In this document: piece after piece, positions 9,239-18,420 of the stretch
How positions within the stretch are numbered: the stretch's first letter is position 1
Layout of the letters: each line of letters starts with the position of its first letter
NCBI GenBank assembly: GCA_050115495.1
Contig: JASFQK010000037.1
Span: 1-64,000 of the forward strand
Direction of reading: 5' to 3'
Length of the DNA: 64,000 nt
Source of the DNA: Phycisphaerae bacterium
GTDB lineage: Bacteria; Planctomycetota; Phycisphaerae; UBA1845; Fen-1342
Notes under the pieces: generated by a model
Seen by the model: only the letters and a program-made list of their open reading frames with translations
Database searches by the model: none
What the model was told of the DNA's origin: nothing
Program-made: the position numbers and the translations under genes

Positions 9239-12200
9239 TCACGACCTTCCTCCTGGTGGCGTCTCGGGACTGGGCTTCGAGGCCGGCTGGCCGGGCGGCG
9301 GCGTGTTCCGCCGACTCCGCCGCGAGTCCGGAGTCTCTGGCCGCGAACAGCGCACCAGCTCTTCGGTGATGGGGAGGTCGCCCAAGTCCACGGGCGGAGC
9401 GTGCGGAATGTCGTCGGTGTCCGGGACCTGCACGGTCCACGTCTTGTAGGCCCTGGGCTGACCAAACACGCGACGCTTGGACCAGACTTGCAGCCAGTAT
9501 CCACCTGGGGCAACGTCGTAGAAACAGAATGCGTCGCGCTCATGGAGACGCGGTCCAGCATGCGGAATGATGTCCGCGCCATTGATCATCGTAGCCGGAG
9601 TGAGGGCGAGGCTCAGCGAGAGCTTGCGGAGATCAAGGTCGGCACCGGTGGGCGAGACCAGACGACCGGTAACACGCCGGCCGGTCGGCAGGAGCTCAAT
9701 CCGACTCACTTGGCCGGGCTCCACGGTGATGTTCATCCGGCGGTTCATCGCCGGGAAGTTACCGAGCCACATCGGTGTGAGTTGCCACTCTCCTGGCGGG
9801 ATCTGCTCGAACGCGAATATCCCGTCCACACCGCTGGACGTCCGCAGTTCCCGCATTCTGGCTCTCTGCTCGCCAAATATGGGTTCGTCGGATGACTGCG
9901 TGAAGACGGCGTTGAATGCCCAGGCGTGCTGGACCAGGCCAGCGACCGGCGGCTCCGGCCATGCCGCCGCTTCCAGCCGCAGGTGGCAGGGCTCCCCCTG
10001 GCCCAGGAGGCAGTGGCCCTCGATGCGTCCCCACGGCTGCAGGACCAACGTGAGCTGGGGAGCGTCCTCTTCCACCACGGTCTCCACATAGCCGGCCGGG
10101 TGAATCGCCGCCAGGACGAATGGTGGCTGCGTGTCAGGCAGCCGGAAACGCCCCAACGCGTCGGTCAGTACGGCGGCTGTCGGTTCAGGTGCAGTCAGTG
10201 TGATGCGGCTGGCGGTGCGGGGGGGCTTGGCCCGACCCGGTTGGGTGGAGGCCGTGGTGGGGGATTCCACGGGTTCCTCGGCCGGGGGCGGGGCTTGTGC
10301 GGTCATGAGCAGCACGGAGGCATCAGGCAGCGGCTGGCCGTCCGGGCCGAGCACGACCCCGTGACGGTCGGTGTCGTCGTCCGTGTCTTCGCCCGAGCCC
10401 GGATCGCAAAGGAGGATCGTATCAGGATAGATGTCGCCGTCCGGGCGGAACCACCAGTCATCGTCCACGTACCCGGATTGGCTGAATGGCGGATAGCTGG
10501 CATCCTCAGCAGCCAGCGCGTGCAGCAGGTCCGGTACGCACTTCACCCAGGTGCGGTCGGTCGCCACCAGCTCAGGTAGCTCTTGGGCGACTTCTCTCGC
10601 TCGCTCCACGTTTCCCCGCTGGAGCAGGGCGGCCGCCCGAAAGTAGACGTAGCTGGCGTCCGTCGTGTCGGGGCTCTGTTTCGCCTGTCGCTCCCAGGCA
10701 TCACAAAGCTCGATTACCGCGGTCGATTGTCTCCCGCGGAGTAAGTAGCTGCAGGCGTCGAACAGCACCGGCTCCACCATGCACCATTCAGAGTTGTCGC
10801 GCACCAGCGGCCGACCGCCCAGTTGACCGTATTCGCTTTGCACCATGCTGTAGGCGAACGTGCCGCCGTTCAACACGGCCCAGTCAACGACCGTCTCGGC
10901 TACGTAGCGCGGGCCCGGTGCTTCCCCGCGTGGCCGATCGTCCGGCCCGAACCGTATGATATGTTCGACGGCCAACAACGCGTAGCGCGCGGCCGTGCTG
11001 CGGGGCATGGCTTTGATCCAGTCGAGAGCAGCAGCCCGGGCTTCGGCCAGCTCATTGACCTCGCACAGATAGAACAAGAGGCAACGCCGATAGAGGGCTT
11101 CGCCCGGTTCTGCCTCGACGCGCCTGACGAGCTCCTCACGCGCGCGCAAGAGGATCTCTCGGGGTGTGCTGTCCGGTGCTGGCGGAACCGGGCCCCGCCA
11201 GGGAACCAGCTGCTGGTCCCGGAGGAAGTAGCCACCCTCGTCGCACCCGCCGAACACGTACGTCCAGGTTTGCGGTCCACGTTGGCAGGTGAGCTGGTTC
11301 GCCCCTTCGGGAAACCAGGCATAGTCGATGCTCGATGGGACATCGCCGTCGAAGTACTGCGGTCGGAGTTCGGCCAGCGAGCGCGGCCACAACCCTCGTG
11401 CATCGCGCCAGCGGTAGATGCCGGTGATCAACTGGTTCATCACCTCGGGCGGGGCTGGCGGCGCGATGGCGGCGGGCAGCGTCGGCACGATTGGCGGCGG
11501 CTGCGTTGAAGCCGCCTCGTCCGTGCACAGTCGATACACTCTGCCGGCCTCGCTCCATGCCAATACGCCGAGCAATGCTGAACGGCCGTACGCCTGAAGC
11601 ACGCGTTGCTCTGCGGGATAGAGCTCCTGGATGAGTCCGGATTCCTGCTCATAGCGTATCCAGGGACGCCCCGGGACATACAGCAGCCCGTGGTCTTCGA
11701 TCACGCGGCCATCAAAGGAGCGGTCTTCCGCGTCGTACAGCACACGGACAGACTGCCCCAGGCTGTCCAGGCTGAGGTGCTTCTGAAGCCGGAGTAGCGC
11801 ACCGCGTGCCCAGACAACCGAGCCATCCTCCAGGAAATGGAAGGAACCGCCATATGACTCCTGGGACGATATGAACCCCGGCACGATTTCGACGCGACGC
11901 TCCTCGAAGAGGACGCGCAGATGGAAACGTCGACGCGACCCGCGCGACACGATCAGGTCGACGCGACCGGGCGAGAGTGGATAGGGCACTCGGTAGATAC
12001 GGTCCGGCCGGAACGCTGTCTGCGGACTCCACTTCTTCGGGTCCCGCTCGTCGGCACTCTCACCGTTGACCTCCTCCTGGCCGGGCTCGGTGGCTTCATG
12101 AAACACGTCCGCGCCCACCTGGCCGTTGTCCAGCCACAGGCGAGCGATCCAGGACCGCACCGGCTTGTCCAGCGCTCCGGTCGCCAGCACTTCACCGGGT

Positions 12201-14497
12201 CCCAACGGCTCCAGGCACGCAGACCGATCGGCCGGCGGCATGCCTTCCTCGGTGGAGAGCTTCGCCACGAGCGTGCCGTCCAGCGCGAATACCTCGATAC
12301 CCAAGTGGCAGGAGATCGCCCAGATGTTCACGCCGTCAAACGCGACTGCCCGGTATACGTGTTCGTCGTCGCGCACGTGCACTTCTTCAAGCACACCGGG
12401 ACGCCGCTGCACGAAGATGCCGCGCAGGGCCCAGACGATGTCGAAATCGCCGGCAGGAATGAACCCGCACACCCACCCGTACCGTTCGCACCAGCCCGTG
12501 TACCCGGCCAAACTCGGGCTGGCTAGCGGCTCCCACGTGCCGTCTCGTTTGGCGATCATCATGCGCACAGGCTGGAAGCGCATTAGCGCGGGCGGACGTG
12601 TGAGCGGGTATGAATCGCGGCGCCGCGTCCAGCGATGCTCCTGCAACTTGGGTTTGAGCTTGGAGCGGTGCATCGCAATTCGCGATCGCAGTTGTTGCGT
12701 CGACCGCGAGGCGGTCTCCTCTGGATTGCGGTCCAGCCACGCATCGAGTTCCGCGAGGACGGCTGGTGTGTCGCGTGGCAGACCCTCGGCGTCATAGGTT
12801 GCTCCGAGAAGAAGCAGACCTTCCTCGACACGAGACTGTACTTGCGGGTTGTCGGCCTCTGCGGCGAGCGACTCCCAGAAAGCACGCAGTTCGGCGACGC
12901 TGAACTCACGCGCGACGTCTGGATCGCTGGTGATTCGCAGAGGTGTATCCAGGACCTCTGGCGTCGACAGCTCCGGGCCGAAACGGATGACGAACTCGCG
13001 TATGCGCTCGAGCTTCGCTCGGCTGTAGCAGGACGGCACATCGTACGGATGGTACTCCGGGATGCTGACGCACGCTTTGGCCCACGTCGTCTCCGTCTGG
13101 GACGCCGTCTTCGTGCCATCCAGCGGCAGTTGGCGCACAAGCGGCAAGACCTCCTGCACGAACCGCCGGTGCAGGCGCGTGCATTCCTCCCCCAGCGGTT
13201 CGAGCGGCGCCAGGACCTCCGCGGGATAGCGAGGGAATGGGCTGCGTCCGTTGCGCGTGTCGGGAACCGTCCTGAAGAACCTGGAAAGCCCGTCGTCCAG
13301 TTGCTCGTATAGCCGAAGAGTCACTTCCTGCGAGATGGCGCCTTGTCGAATGAGCTGCTCCAGCAGCTCCACGCTGCGCCGCCAGCGCCCGATGCGCCTG
13401 TACCAGTCTTGAATGGCCGTTTCCGGCGGGATCAAGTGCCACCGCGGCGGTTGTTCGTGTGGCACGAGTTTGATGTACTCGTCGATGATCTCTTGGGCCA
13501 ACTTGACGGAGTCTGGTTTCAGCAGCAGCGCCGCTTCGTGCAAAGCGACAGCACGCCGCAGGTCCCCGAGCCGGGCGAAGCTGTCCGCTTGCCGGGTCAG
13601 AAGCGAGACCTGCTCATCGATCGACAGGCCGGGCCCGGCGGTCGCCGCCCCAAGCAGCTCGGTGGACAACTCGCGCTGTAGCGCCTCCACGCCGCTGGCG
13701 ACGCTGTCGTATCGCCGCTCCACTGTCCGTTCCGGCTCGCTGCCGCCGCTGACTTGCAGCCAGAGCGTTAGCGCCCCACGCTCGTCGCCCATCTCCTCGA
13801 CCCGGTAATCGCCGCGGATGAAGAGCGGCACGACGTGTTCGGCCAGCTCCGTGCCCGAAATGGCCAACTCGTGGGCGATGGCCTCGGCCTCCTCCGTCTC
13901 AATCACCGCCGTACCCGCGAACGCCCCTATCCCGGCGGCGAGGACGTTGGCCAAATCGTCCTGCAAGCGGTCATAGTCGTGAACGAGATTTCGTGACACA
14001 AACGCCGGTACGCCGACGATGCGTGACAAGCCCTCTGGATAGCGATTGCGCAGCTCCGCCACCCGCTCACTCAGCGTCGCGACGACTGGCTCGGGCACGC
14101 CCGGTTCGTACGTCAGGCACTCGGTCCAGATGCGGGCCCCGATCCGGGCGTCGCTGACCACGATGCGCAGCAGGCGCTCATCGTCGCGCAGTTCCCGGCT
14201 CAGCAGGAGCAGAGCGTCCGCGCCGAGCAGCCGCCCCAGCTTGAGACGCTGTCCAGCGCCGTCAGCCTCCAGCACCGTAGCGAGGGCGAGTTCGCGCGTC
14301 GCCTCCGCCACCGCCGACCGCTCGACGAGTTGGATGTCTGGCTGGGCCGCCAGCGCCACGGTGAGCAGATCCACCCACCCGGTTCGCGCCAGCTCCGGCG
14401 AGCCGATAATGGCCCACCGCTGATACGGACCGGTCTCTGCCCCAACCGCCGCCGCGGCAAGGACCAGGGCCAGACCAACGCCCAACAGCTTGTTCAC
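9239..14497 (-). CDS. Giant secreted protein, paralogue B (~1752 aa), same architecture as A
   Basis: GGGAG RBS, GTG start, same signal peptide and motifs; collinear with paralogue A over its length. Confidence 0.8.
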   Translation of the reverse strand: MNKLLGVGLALVLAAAAVGAETGPYQRWAIIGSPELARTGWVDLLTVALAAQPDIQLVERSAVAEATRELALATVLEADGAGQRLKLGRLLGADALLLLSRELRDDERLLRIVVSDARIGARIWTECLTYEPGVPEPVVATLSERVAELRNRYPEGLSRIVGVPAFVSRNLVHDYDRLQDDLANVLAAGIGAFAGTAVIETEEAEAIAHELAISGTELAEHVVPLFIRGDYRVEEMGDERGALTLWLQVSGGSEPERTVERRYDSVASGVEALQRELSTELLGAATAGPGLSIDEQVSLLTRQADSFARLGDLRRAVALHEAALLLKPDSVKLAQEIIDEYIKLVPHEQPPRWHLIPPETAIQDWYRRIGRWRRSVELLEQLIRQGAISQEVTLRLYEQLDDGLSRFFRTVPDTRNGRSPFPRYPAEVLAPLEPLGEECTRLHRRFVQEVLPLVRQLPLDGTKTASQTETTWAKACVSIPEYHPYDVPSCYSRAKLERIREFVIRFGPELSTPEVLDTPLRITSDPDVAREFSVAELRAFWESLAAEADNPQVQSRVEEGLLLLGATYDAEGLPRDTPAVLAELDAWLDRNPEETASRSTQQLRSRIAMHRSKLKPKLQEHRWTRRRDSYPLTRPPALMRFQPVRMMIAKRDGTWEPLASPSLAGYTGWCERYGWVCGFIPAGDFDIVWALRGIFVQRRPGVLEEVHVRDDEHVYRAVAFDGVNIWAISCHLGIEVFALDGTLVAKLSTEEGMPPADRSACLEPLGPGEVLATGALDKPVRSWIARLWLDNGQVGADVFHEATEPGQEEVNGESADERDPKKWSPQTAFRPDRIYRVPYPLSPGRVDLIVSRGSRRRFHLRVLFEERRVEIVPGFISSQESYGGSFHFLEDGSVVWARGALLRLQKHLSLDSLGQSVRVLYDAEDRSFDGRVIEDHGLLYVPGRPWIRYEQESGLIQELYPAEQRVLQAYGRSALLGVLAWSEAGRVYRLCTDEAASTQPPPIVPTLPAAIAPPAPPEVMNQLITGIYRWRDARGLWPRSLAELRPQYFDGDVPSSIDYAWFPEGANQLTCQRGPQTWTYVFGGCDEGGYFLRDQQLVPWRGPVPPAPDSTPREILLRAREELVRRVEAEPGEALYRRCLLFYLCEVNELAEARAAALDWIKAMPRSTAARYALLAVEHIIRFGPDDRPRGEAPGPRYVAETVVDWAVLNGGTFAYSMVQSEYGQLGGRPLVRDNSEWCMVEPVLFDACSYLLRGRQSTAVIELCDAWERQAKQSPDTTDASYVYFRAAALLQRGNVERAREVAQELPELVATDRTWVKCVPDLLHALAAEDASYPPFSQSGYVDDDWWFRPDGDIYPDTILLCDPGSGEDTDDDTDRHGVVLGPDGQPLPDASVLLMTAQAPPPAEEPVESPTTASTQPGRAKPPRTASRITLTAPEPTAAVLTDALGRFRLPDTQPPFVLAAIHPAGYVETVVEEDAPQLTLVLQPWGRIEGHCLLGQGEPCHLRLEAAAWPEPPVAGLVQHAWAFNAVFTQSSDEPIFGEQRARMRELRTSSGVDGIFAFEQIPPGEWQLTPMWLGNFPAMNRRMNITVEPGQVSRIELLPTGRRVTGRLVSPTGADLDLRKLSLSLALTPATMINGADIIPHAGPRLHERDAFCFYDVAPGGYWLQVWSKRRVFGQPRAYKTWTVQVPDTDDIPHAPPVDLGDLPITEELVRCSRPETPDSRRSRRNTPPPGQPASKPSPETPPGGRS
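13494..14497 (-). repeat. ~1-kb near-identical direct repeat, copy 2 (5' end of paralogue B)
   Basis: Matches 8200-9203. Confidence 0.9.
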
Positions 14498-14606
14498 GAT
14501 GCTGCACTCCCGGCCACGTTGCACGTTGGACGATGGCCCCAGTCGCGGAAGGGGTGATCCTCCCCGGGCGGTCCTTTCTGCGCCGCCACCTTCAATCCTG
14601 CCCGCG

Positions 14607-15710
14607 TCAGGGCGCGTTGGCCGACTCACGGGGCAGGCTGCGCTGGAAGTGCTCCAGCACGCGCACGCCCAGCACGCGGCCGGCTTTCTCCAAGGCCTTC
14701 TTGGCGGCGATGTTTTCCGACAGATCGACAGCACGCTCCGTAGTGCGGTCGGCGAGGACGATGCGGCCGCTCGTCCGGTCGATCACGTTGATCTCGACGC
14801 GGGCGGCACAGCTCAGCAGGTTGCCGATGCGGGCGGCGAACTCGCTGAACCCCTCGCCGACGATGACGCAATCGACGCCGGCCAGGGTGCGCGGCCAGCT
14901 CCCCGGACCATTCTTGCGCAGCGCACGTGCAAAGTCGGCCAGCTCATTCTGCGGCACATCTTTCACCGTGAAGCCGCACTCCCGCAGCAACAGCTTGATT
15001 TCGGTCTCCACCGCCGGATCAGGCACCTGTCGCGCCGGTACCCGCGCGTGCTGTTCCGGGATGATCACGGCGATCACGGGCTTGCGGACGCCGGCTAGGC
15101 TCGCCTTGAGTCCGGGCAGTGGATCGCGCGTGGTGTCCTCATCGGCGACCAGCCGAGGCCCGACCTCGCGCAGACGCTGGGCCACCTTGGCGGCGAGCTC
15201 CATGACGAGTTCGCCCATGTCGGCGTCACCCTCTTTCTTCACGAGGACACCGTCGACGAGGCTCGTCTCAGTGCCGATCAGCTTGGCGGTGATGAACGTC
15301 TGCTGGCCCATGACGAATGCCTTGCCGACCACCAGTAGCCGCGCGCCGACCACCTTGCCGACCTTCACCGCTTGCTCGGTCTCGACCACGCCGCTCAGGT
15401 TCAGCTCCAGTTCCTGCAACGCGCGTGGCAACGTGGCCCGGTCGACCAGGCGAAAGCCGCGTTCGCCGGAGAGCATGATCGCCAGTGTCTCGCCGATCTG
15501 CTTGCCCAGATTGGGCTCGCCTGGCGTGCTCGAGTCAAAATCGAGCACGGCGACGGTGAGTTCGGCTTGCGGCCGGCTGGTTGGCCCGGGCTGCGTGGCC
15601 GTCGGCGGGCCGGCCTGGCCGTGTGTGGGAATCGCCGCGACGGCTGCAAGCACGTACAAGCAGAACGTCGTGCACCAAACGCTCGCCCCCGATCCTGTCC
15701 ATCGTCTCAT
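14607..15710 (-). CDS. Secreted CsgG/HfaB-like protein (two related alpha/beta domains)
   Basis: Signal peptide; VAVLDF...FRLVDRATLPRALQELELNLSG...AVKVGKVVGARLLVVG; start moved to MRRWTG. Confidence 0.8.
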   Translation of the reverse strand: MRRWTGSGASVWCTTFCLYVLAAVAAIPTHGQAGPPTATQPGPTSRPQAELTVAVLDFDSSTPGEPNLGKQIGETLAIMLSGERGFRLVDRATLPRALQELELNLSGVVETEQAVKVGKVVGARLLVVGKAFVMGQQTFITAKLIGTETSLVDGVLVKKEGDADMGELVMELAAKVAQRLREVGPRLVADEDTTRDPLPGLKASLAGVRKPVIAVIIPEQHARVPARQVPDPAVETEIKLLLRECGFTVKDVPQNELADFARALRKNGPGSWPRTLAGVDCVIVGEGFSEFAARIGNLLSCAARVEINVIDRTSGRIVLADRTTERAVDLSENIAAKKALEKAGRVLGVRVLEHFQRSLPRESANAP

Positions 15711-15778
15711 CACAACCCCCTGTGTCGTTTTCGGATGCTCCCCGGCGACGTGCGGCCGGGATTCGCTCGCGCAGTGTC

Positions 15779-16813
15779 TCACGACCCACCTCCTGGCGGG
15801 ATGTTGATAACGGGCATCGACGCCGGCTGGCTGGCCGGCGTCGCGGACCGCCGGCTCGGCGGCGGCGTCGGCTCCGGGCGGGTGAGCAGGTAGTCCAACG
15901 CGTTCCTCAGGAACAACTGCGCACGCGGATCGTCCGCCCACGCCCCGAACGGAAGCTGACAGAGCACCAACCGACCGGCTCCGAGCTGCTTGCTGACCAG
16001 CAGGGCGTCGATCGGTACGGGGTCACGTCCGCCGACTTCGCGCGACCAGTATACGATCTCCAGGGCCGGTTCGTCCGCCGGCAGTTGCACCGCCGACAGC
16101 GCCGGCCCGGGCGGCTCGTACAGGCTGGCCACGTCTTGGGGCTGCAGGTCACTCAGCAGCAGGTGCTCGCCGTGTGCCAGCAGCCGTCCGGTTCGCGGCC
16201 GCCGGGCTACGGGGTAACCGGCCAGCCGCGCCATCCGCGTCTGTGCGCAGGCCAAAACGCTCGCCCCGGCGGACGCCTGATGAAGCAACGGCTCCTCATC
16301 GAACGCACCGATCAACGCGTCCGCGCCAAGCAGAATAACGTCTGCCTTCGCCAGACGCAGTTGCCCCGAATCCGAGGCGAGCGTGTGGGGAATCCCGTTG
16401 GCTGTGAGCAGGTCGGCCAGCCCTTCGTCGGCGCAGACCAGCAGCCGCCTGGCTCCGACACGCTCGCCCACGCCGGCCAGGAGATCCGTCGGATACGTGT
16501 GGATGGTCCGTTCGCCGCGGTCCAGCAACTGGCCATTGTCCTGTCGGCGAAGCTCGTATGACCAGCGCAGCTCCGACCGGGTCCGCGCTTCGGGGGGAGT
16601 AATCGTCAACTCGCCGGGGCTGCCGCCCGTGGGCAGGGATAGCTCACCGCTGGCCAGTTGGATCCCCGACAGGCTGAGCTGCCAGCTCAGCACGGCGGGC
16701 GGCAGGTTCTCCTGCTGTACCGCCCACTCCACGGCAATACTGCCGGGGCGTCCCCCGAACCAGTGCCCGTGATTGGACATCACGACGAGCAGGGCGATGA
16801 CGGCTGGCTTCAT
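15779..16813 (-). CDS. Hypothetical protein with a GATase-like/GH-accessory C-terminal fold
   Basis: Start overlaps the anti-sigma stop (ATGA); GAGRLVLCQLPF...DPRAQLFLRNALDYL. Confidence 0.7.
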   Translation of the reverse strand: MKPAVIALLVVMSNHGHWFGGRPGSIAVEWAVQQENLPPAVLSWQLSLSGIQLASGELSLPTGGSPGELTITPPEARTRSELRWSYELRRQDNGQLLDRGERTIHTYPTDLLAGVGERVGARRLLVCADEGLADLLTANGIPHTLASDSGQLRLAKADVILLGADALIGAFDEEPLLHQASAGASVLACAQTRMARLAGYPVARRPRTGRLLAHGEHLLLSDLQPQDVASLYEPPGPALSAVQLPADEPALEIVYWSREVGGRDPVPIDALLVSKQLGAGRLVLCQLPFGAWADDPRAQLFLRNALDYLLTRPEPTPPPSRRSATPASQPASMPVINIPPGGGS

Positions 16814-17676
16814 GGCCGGCCACCTCCTTCGCTCCGTGCGCTGGCGACGGCCAACGCATACTCACCCTGCCGCGTAAGCACCTGACCCGCCGCACAGACC
16901 TCCCCGGGCCGAATACACAGGTCTGAACCGACGGCGCCAAGGGCTTCGCCCTGGTCTTGGCGCCCCAGGAATTCTGCATAGATGCTCAGGTGAGCCGGGT
17001 CGTCGGCGGACGTGGCCAGCAGATAGCGCACGTTCTCGCCGTCATCCAGCGGCAGCGTCAGTTCCGCCGAGTGACCCGGCACAATGACCATGTCCGTCTG
17101 GGACACAACCGCGTTTCCCCGCAACAACGCCAGACGCAGCAGCATCAGGTTGTCCGGTGCCTTGTCCGGCTCGGCGGCCAGCCCCAGGTCGGATGCCCCT
17201 GGTGCGATGGCGACCCAACTCGCCCTATCGTCGAAGACGCCGGCGACCTGCCGGAACGTCGCCACACGGTTGTCGATCTCGGCGGGGCTGAACGCCAGCG
17301 TGGCCGTGGGTGGCGCTTCGTTCGAGAGCATCGGCGCCGCCGACCGCGGCACCGCCTGCCAGCCGAGCAGAACACCCAGCAGCAGGGCGGCGGCGAGGGC
17401 GAGCGGGTGCTGCCAGATGCGTCCTGGCCGACGTAAGGCGGTCTTGGTCAGACGGGCTTCAAAGGCCGCCCAGCCGTCCGCCGGTTCGTCGGGGATCTCG
17501 GTGGCCGCCGGATCCCCCCCGTGATCCAGCGACGCTCGGATCTGGTCGTAGTCGCGGACGGCGGCGGCACATTCGGCGTCCTCCTCGGCCCATTGCAGGG
17601 CTACCGCCACACGTCGGCGTTCCTCTGCGTCCCAGCCGTAGTCCAGAATGAGTTGCTTGGCGATTTCAGCATTCAT
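16810..17676 (-). CDS. Putative membrane anti-sigma factor
   Basis: Coupled to the ECF sigma gene; short N-terminal domain (ECAAAVRDY, WAAFEARL), one TM (LALAAALLLGVLLGW), extracytoplasmic domain. Confidence 0.75.
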   Translation of the reverse strand: MNAEIAKQLILDYGWDAEERRRVAVALQWAEEDAECAAAVRDYDQIRASLDHGGDPAATEIPDEPADGWAAFEARLTKTALRRPGRIWQHPLALAAALLLGVLLGWQAVPRSAAPMLSNEAPPTATLAFSPAEIDNRVATFRQVAGVFDDRASWVAIAPGASDLGLAAEPDKAPDNLMLLRLALLRGNAVVSQTDMVIVPGHSAELTLPLDDGENVRYLLATSADDPAHLSIYAEFLGRQDQGEALGAVGSDLCIRPGEVCAAGQVLTRQGEYALAVASARSEGGGRP

Positions 17677-18235
17677 GGCCGCCGACCTCCAGGGTCGTCG
17701 CCGCATCGGCTGTGAGCTGGCGGCGTAGCTGTTCCATCCCGTGGTACAACCGCCGGGAGACTTCCGCGGCGCTGCACCCGAGCATTTCCTTCACTTCGTT
17801 CCCCGATAGCCCGTGCATGACGCGCAGGACGAGCACCGCGCGGGTCGCGTCCGGTAGTGTATCCAGGCCGGCGAGCAGGGCCTCGTGGACCGTCGTGTCC
17901 GGCGGCGACGGATCCCGGTGGGTGCCACCCGGTGCGGCCGGCCCTTGCACGCCGCGTGAGAGTGCTGTCTGCGCCAGCGTCCGTTCCTGAACCTTTCGCC
18001 GGCGGAGCAGGCAGAGGCTCTCGTTTACGACCACACGCGTCAGCCACGCTTTCAAATGGTCGGGGGCGGAACCGCCGGTCACCTGCTGGCAGGCCTTCAG
18101 GAACGCCTGTTGGCAGACGTCCTCCGCGGCGTGCCGGTCCTTCAGGATGCCGGCGGCCACCCGGAACAACGCTCGCCCATGGGTTGCACTAAGTTCGGCG
18201 AGAGCCTGACGCCCCGACATCAACGCGTACTCCAC
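17666..18235 (-). CDS. ECF RNA polymerase sigma factor
   Basis: AEDVCQQAFLKA, KAWLTRVVVNESL (region 2); LDTLPDATRAVLVLR..GLSGNEVKEMLGCS..EVSRRL (region 4). Confidence 0.92.
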   Translation of the reverse strand: MEYALMSGRQALAELSATHGRALFRVAAGILKDRHAAEDVCQQAFLKACQQVTGGSAPDHLKAWLTRVVVNESLCLLRRRKVQERTLAQTALSRGVQGPAAPGGTHRDPSPPDTTVHEALLAGLDTLPDATRAVLVLRVMHGLSGNEVKEMLGCSAAEVSRRLYHGMEQLRRQLTADAATTLEVGGHEC

Positions 18236-18420
18236 GTGGAGTTGTCTCTCCTGGCAGCCTCATTCTAGTGGATGCGCGAGGGCCGGCGTTTTTTGGGGCG
18301 CGTCACGGAATTTCGGGGAGCTCGGGAAGCGGGTTGGGTCCCGCCGACGCCAGCGGCAGCAGCAACCGCACGGTGGCGGGAGGGCCGCACCGTCAACGTA
18401 TCCGCCTATTGGGCGGGCGG

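Noticed and set aside
9204..9440. N-terminal extensions given by the ORF track (also 14734, 15941, 24524, 28897, 32839, 33593, 35029, 41857, 51414, 54325, 56012, 62720, 63707)
   Set aside because: They overlap neighbouring genes or precede clear RBS/signal-peptide starts; shorter starts were used
3999..14497. Diversity-generating retroelement or CRISPR explanation for the repeats
   Set aside because: No reverse transcriptase, no evident adenine-specific mismatch pattern, no regularly spaced repeat-spacer array or cas genes in the window
14607..15710. Curli secretion system (csgG)
   Set aside because: Only a CsgG-like fold; no csgA/B/E/F neighbours and no lipobox seen, so no gene symbol assigned
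18262..18300. Possible autoregulatory ECF promoter (AAAAAC...GCATCC, minus strand)
   Set aside because: Plausible, but a single weak instance with no second copy to support it
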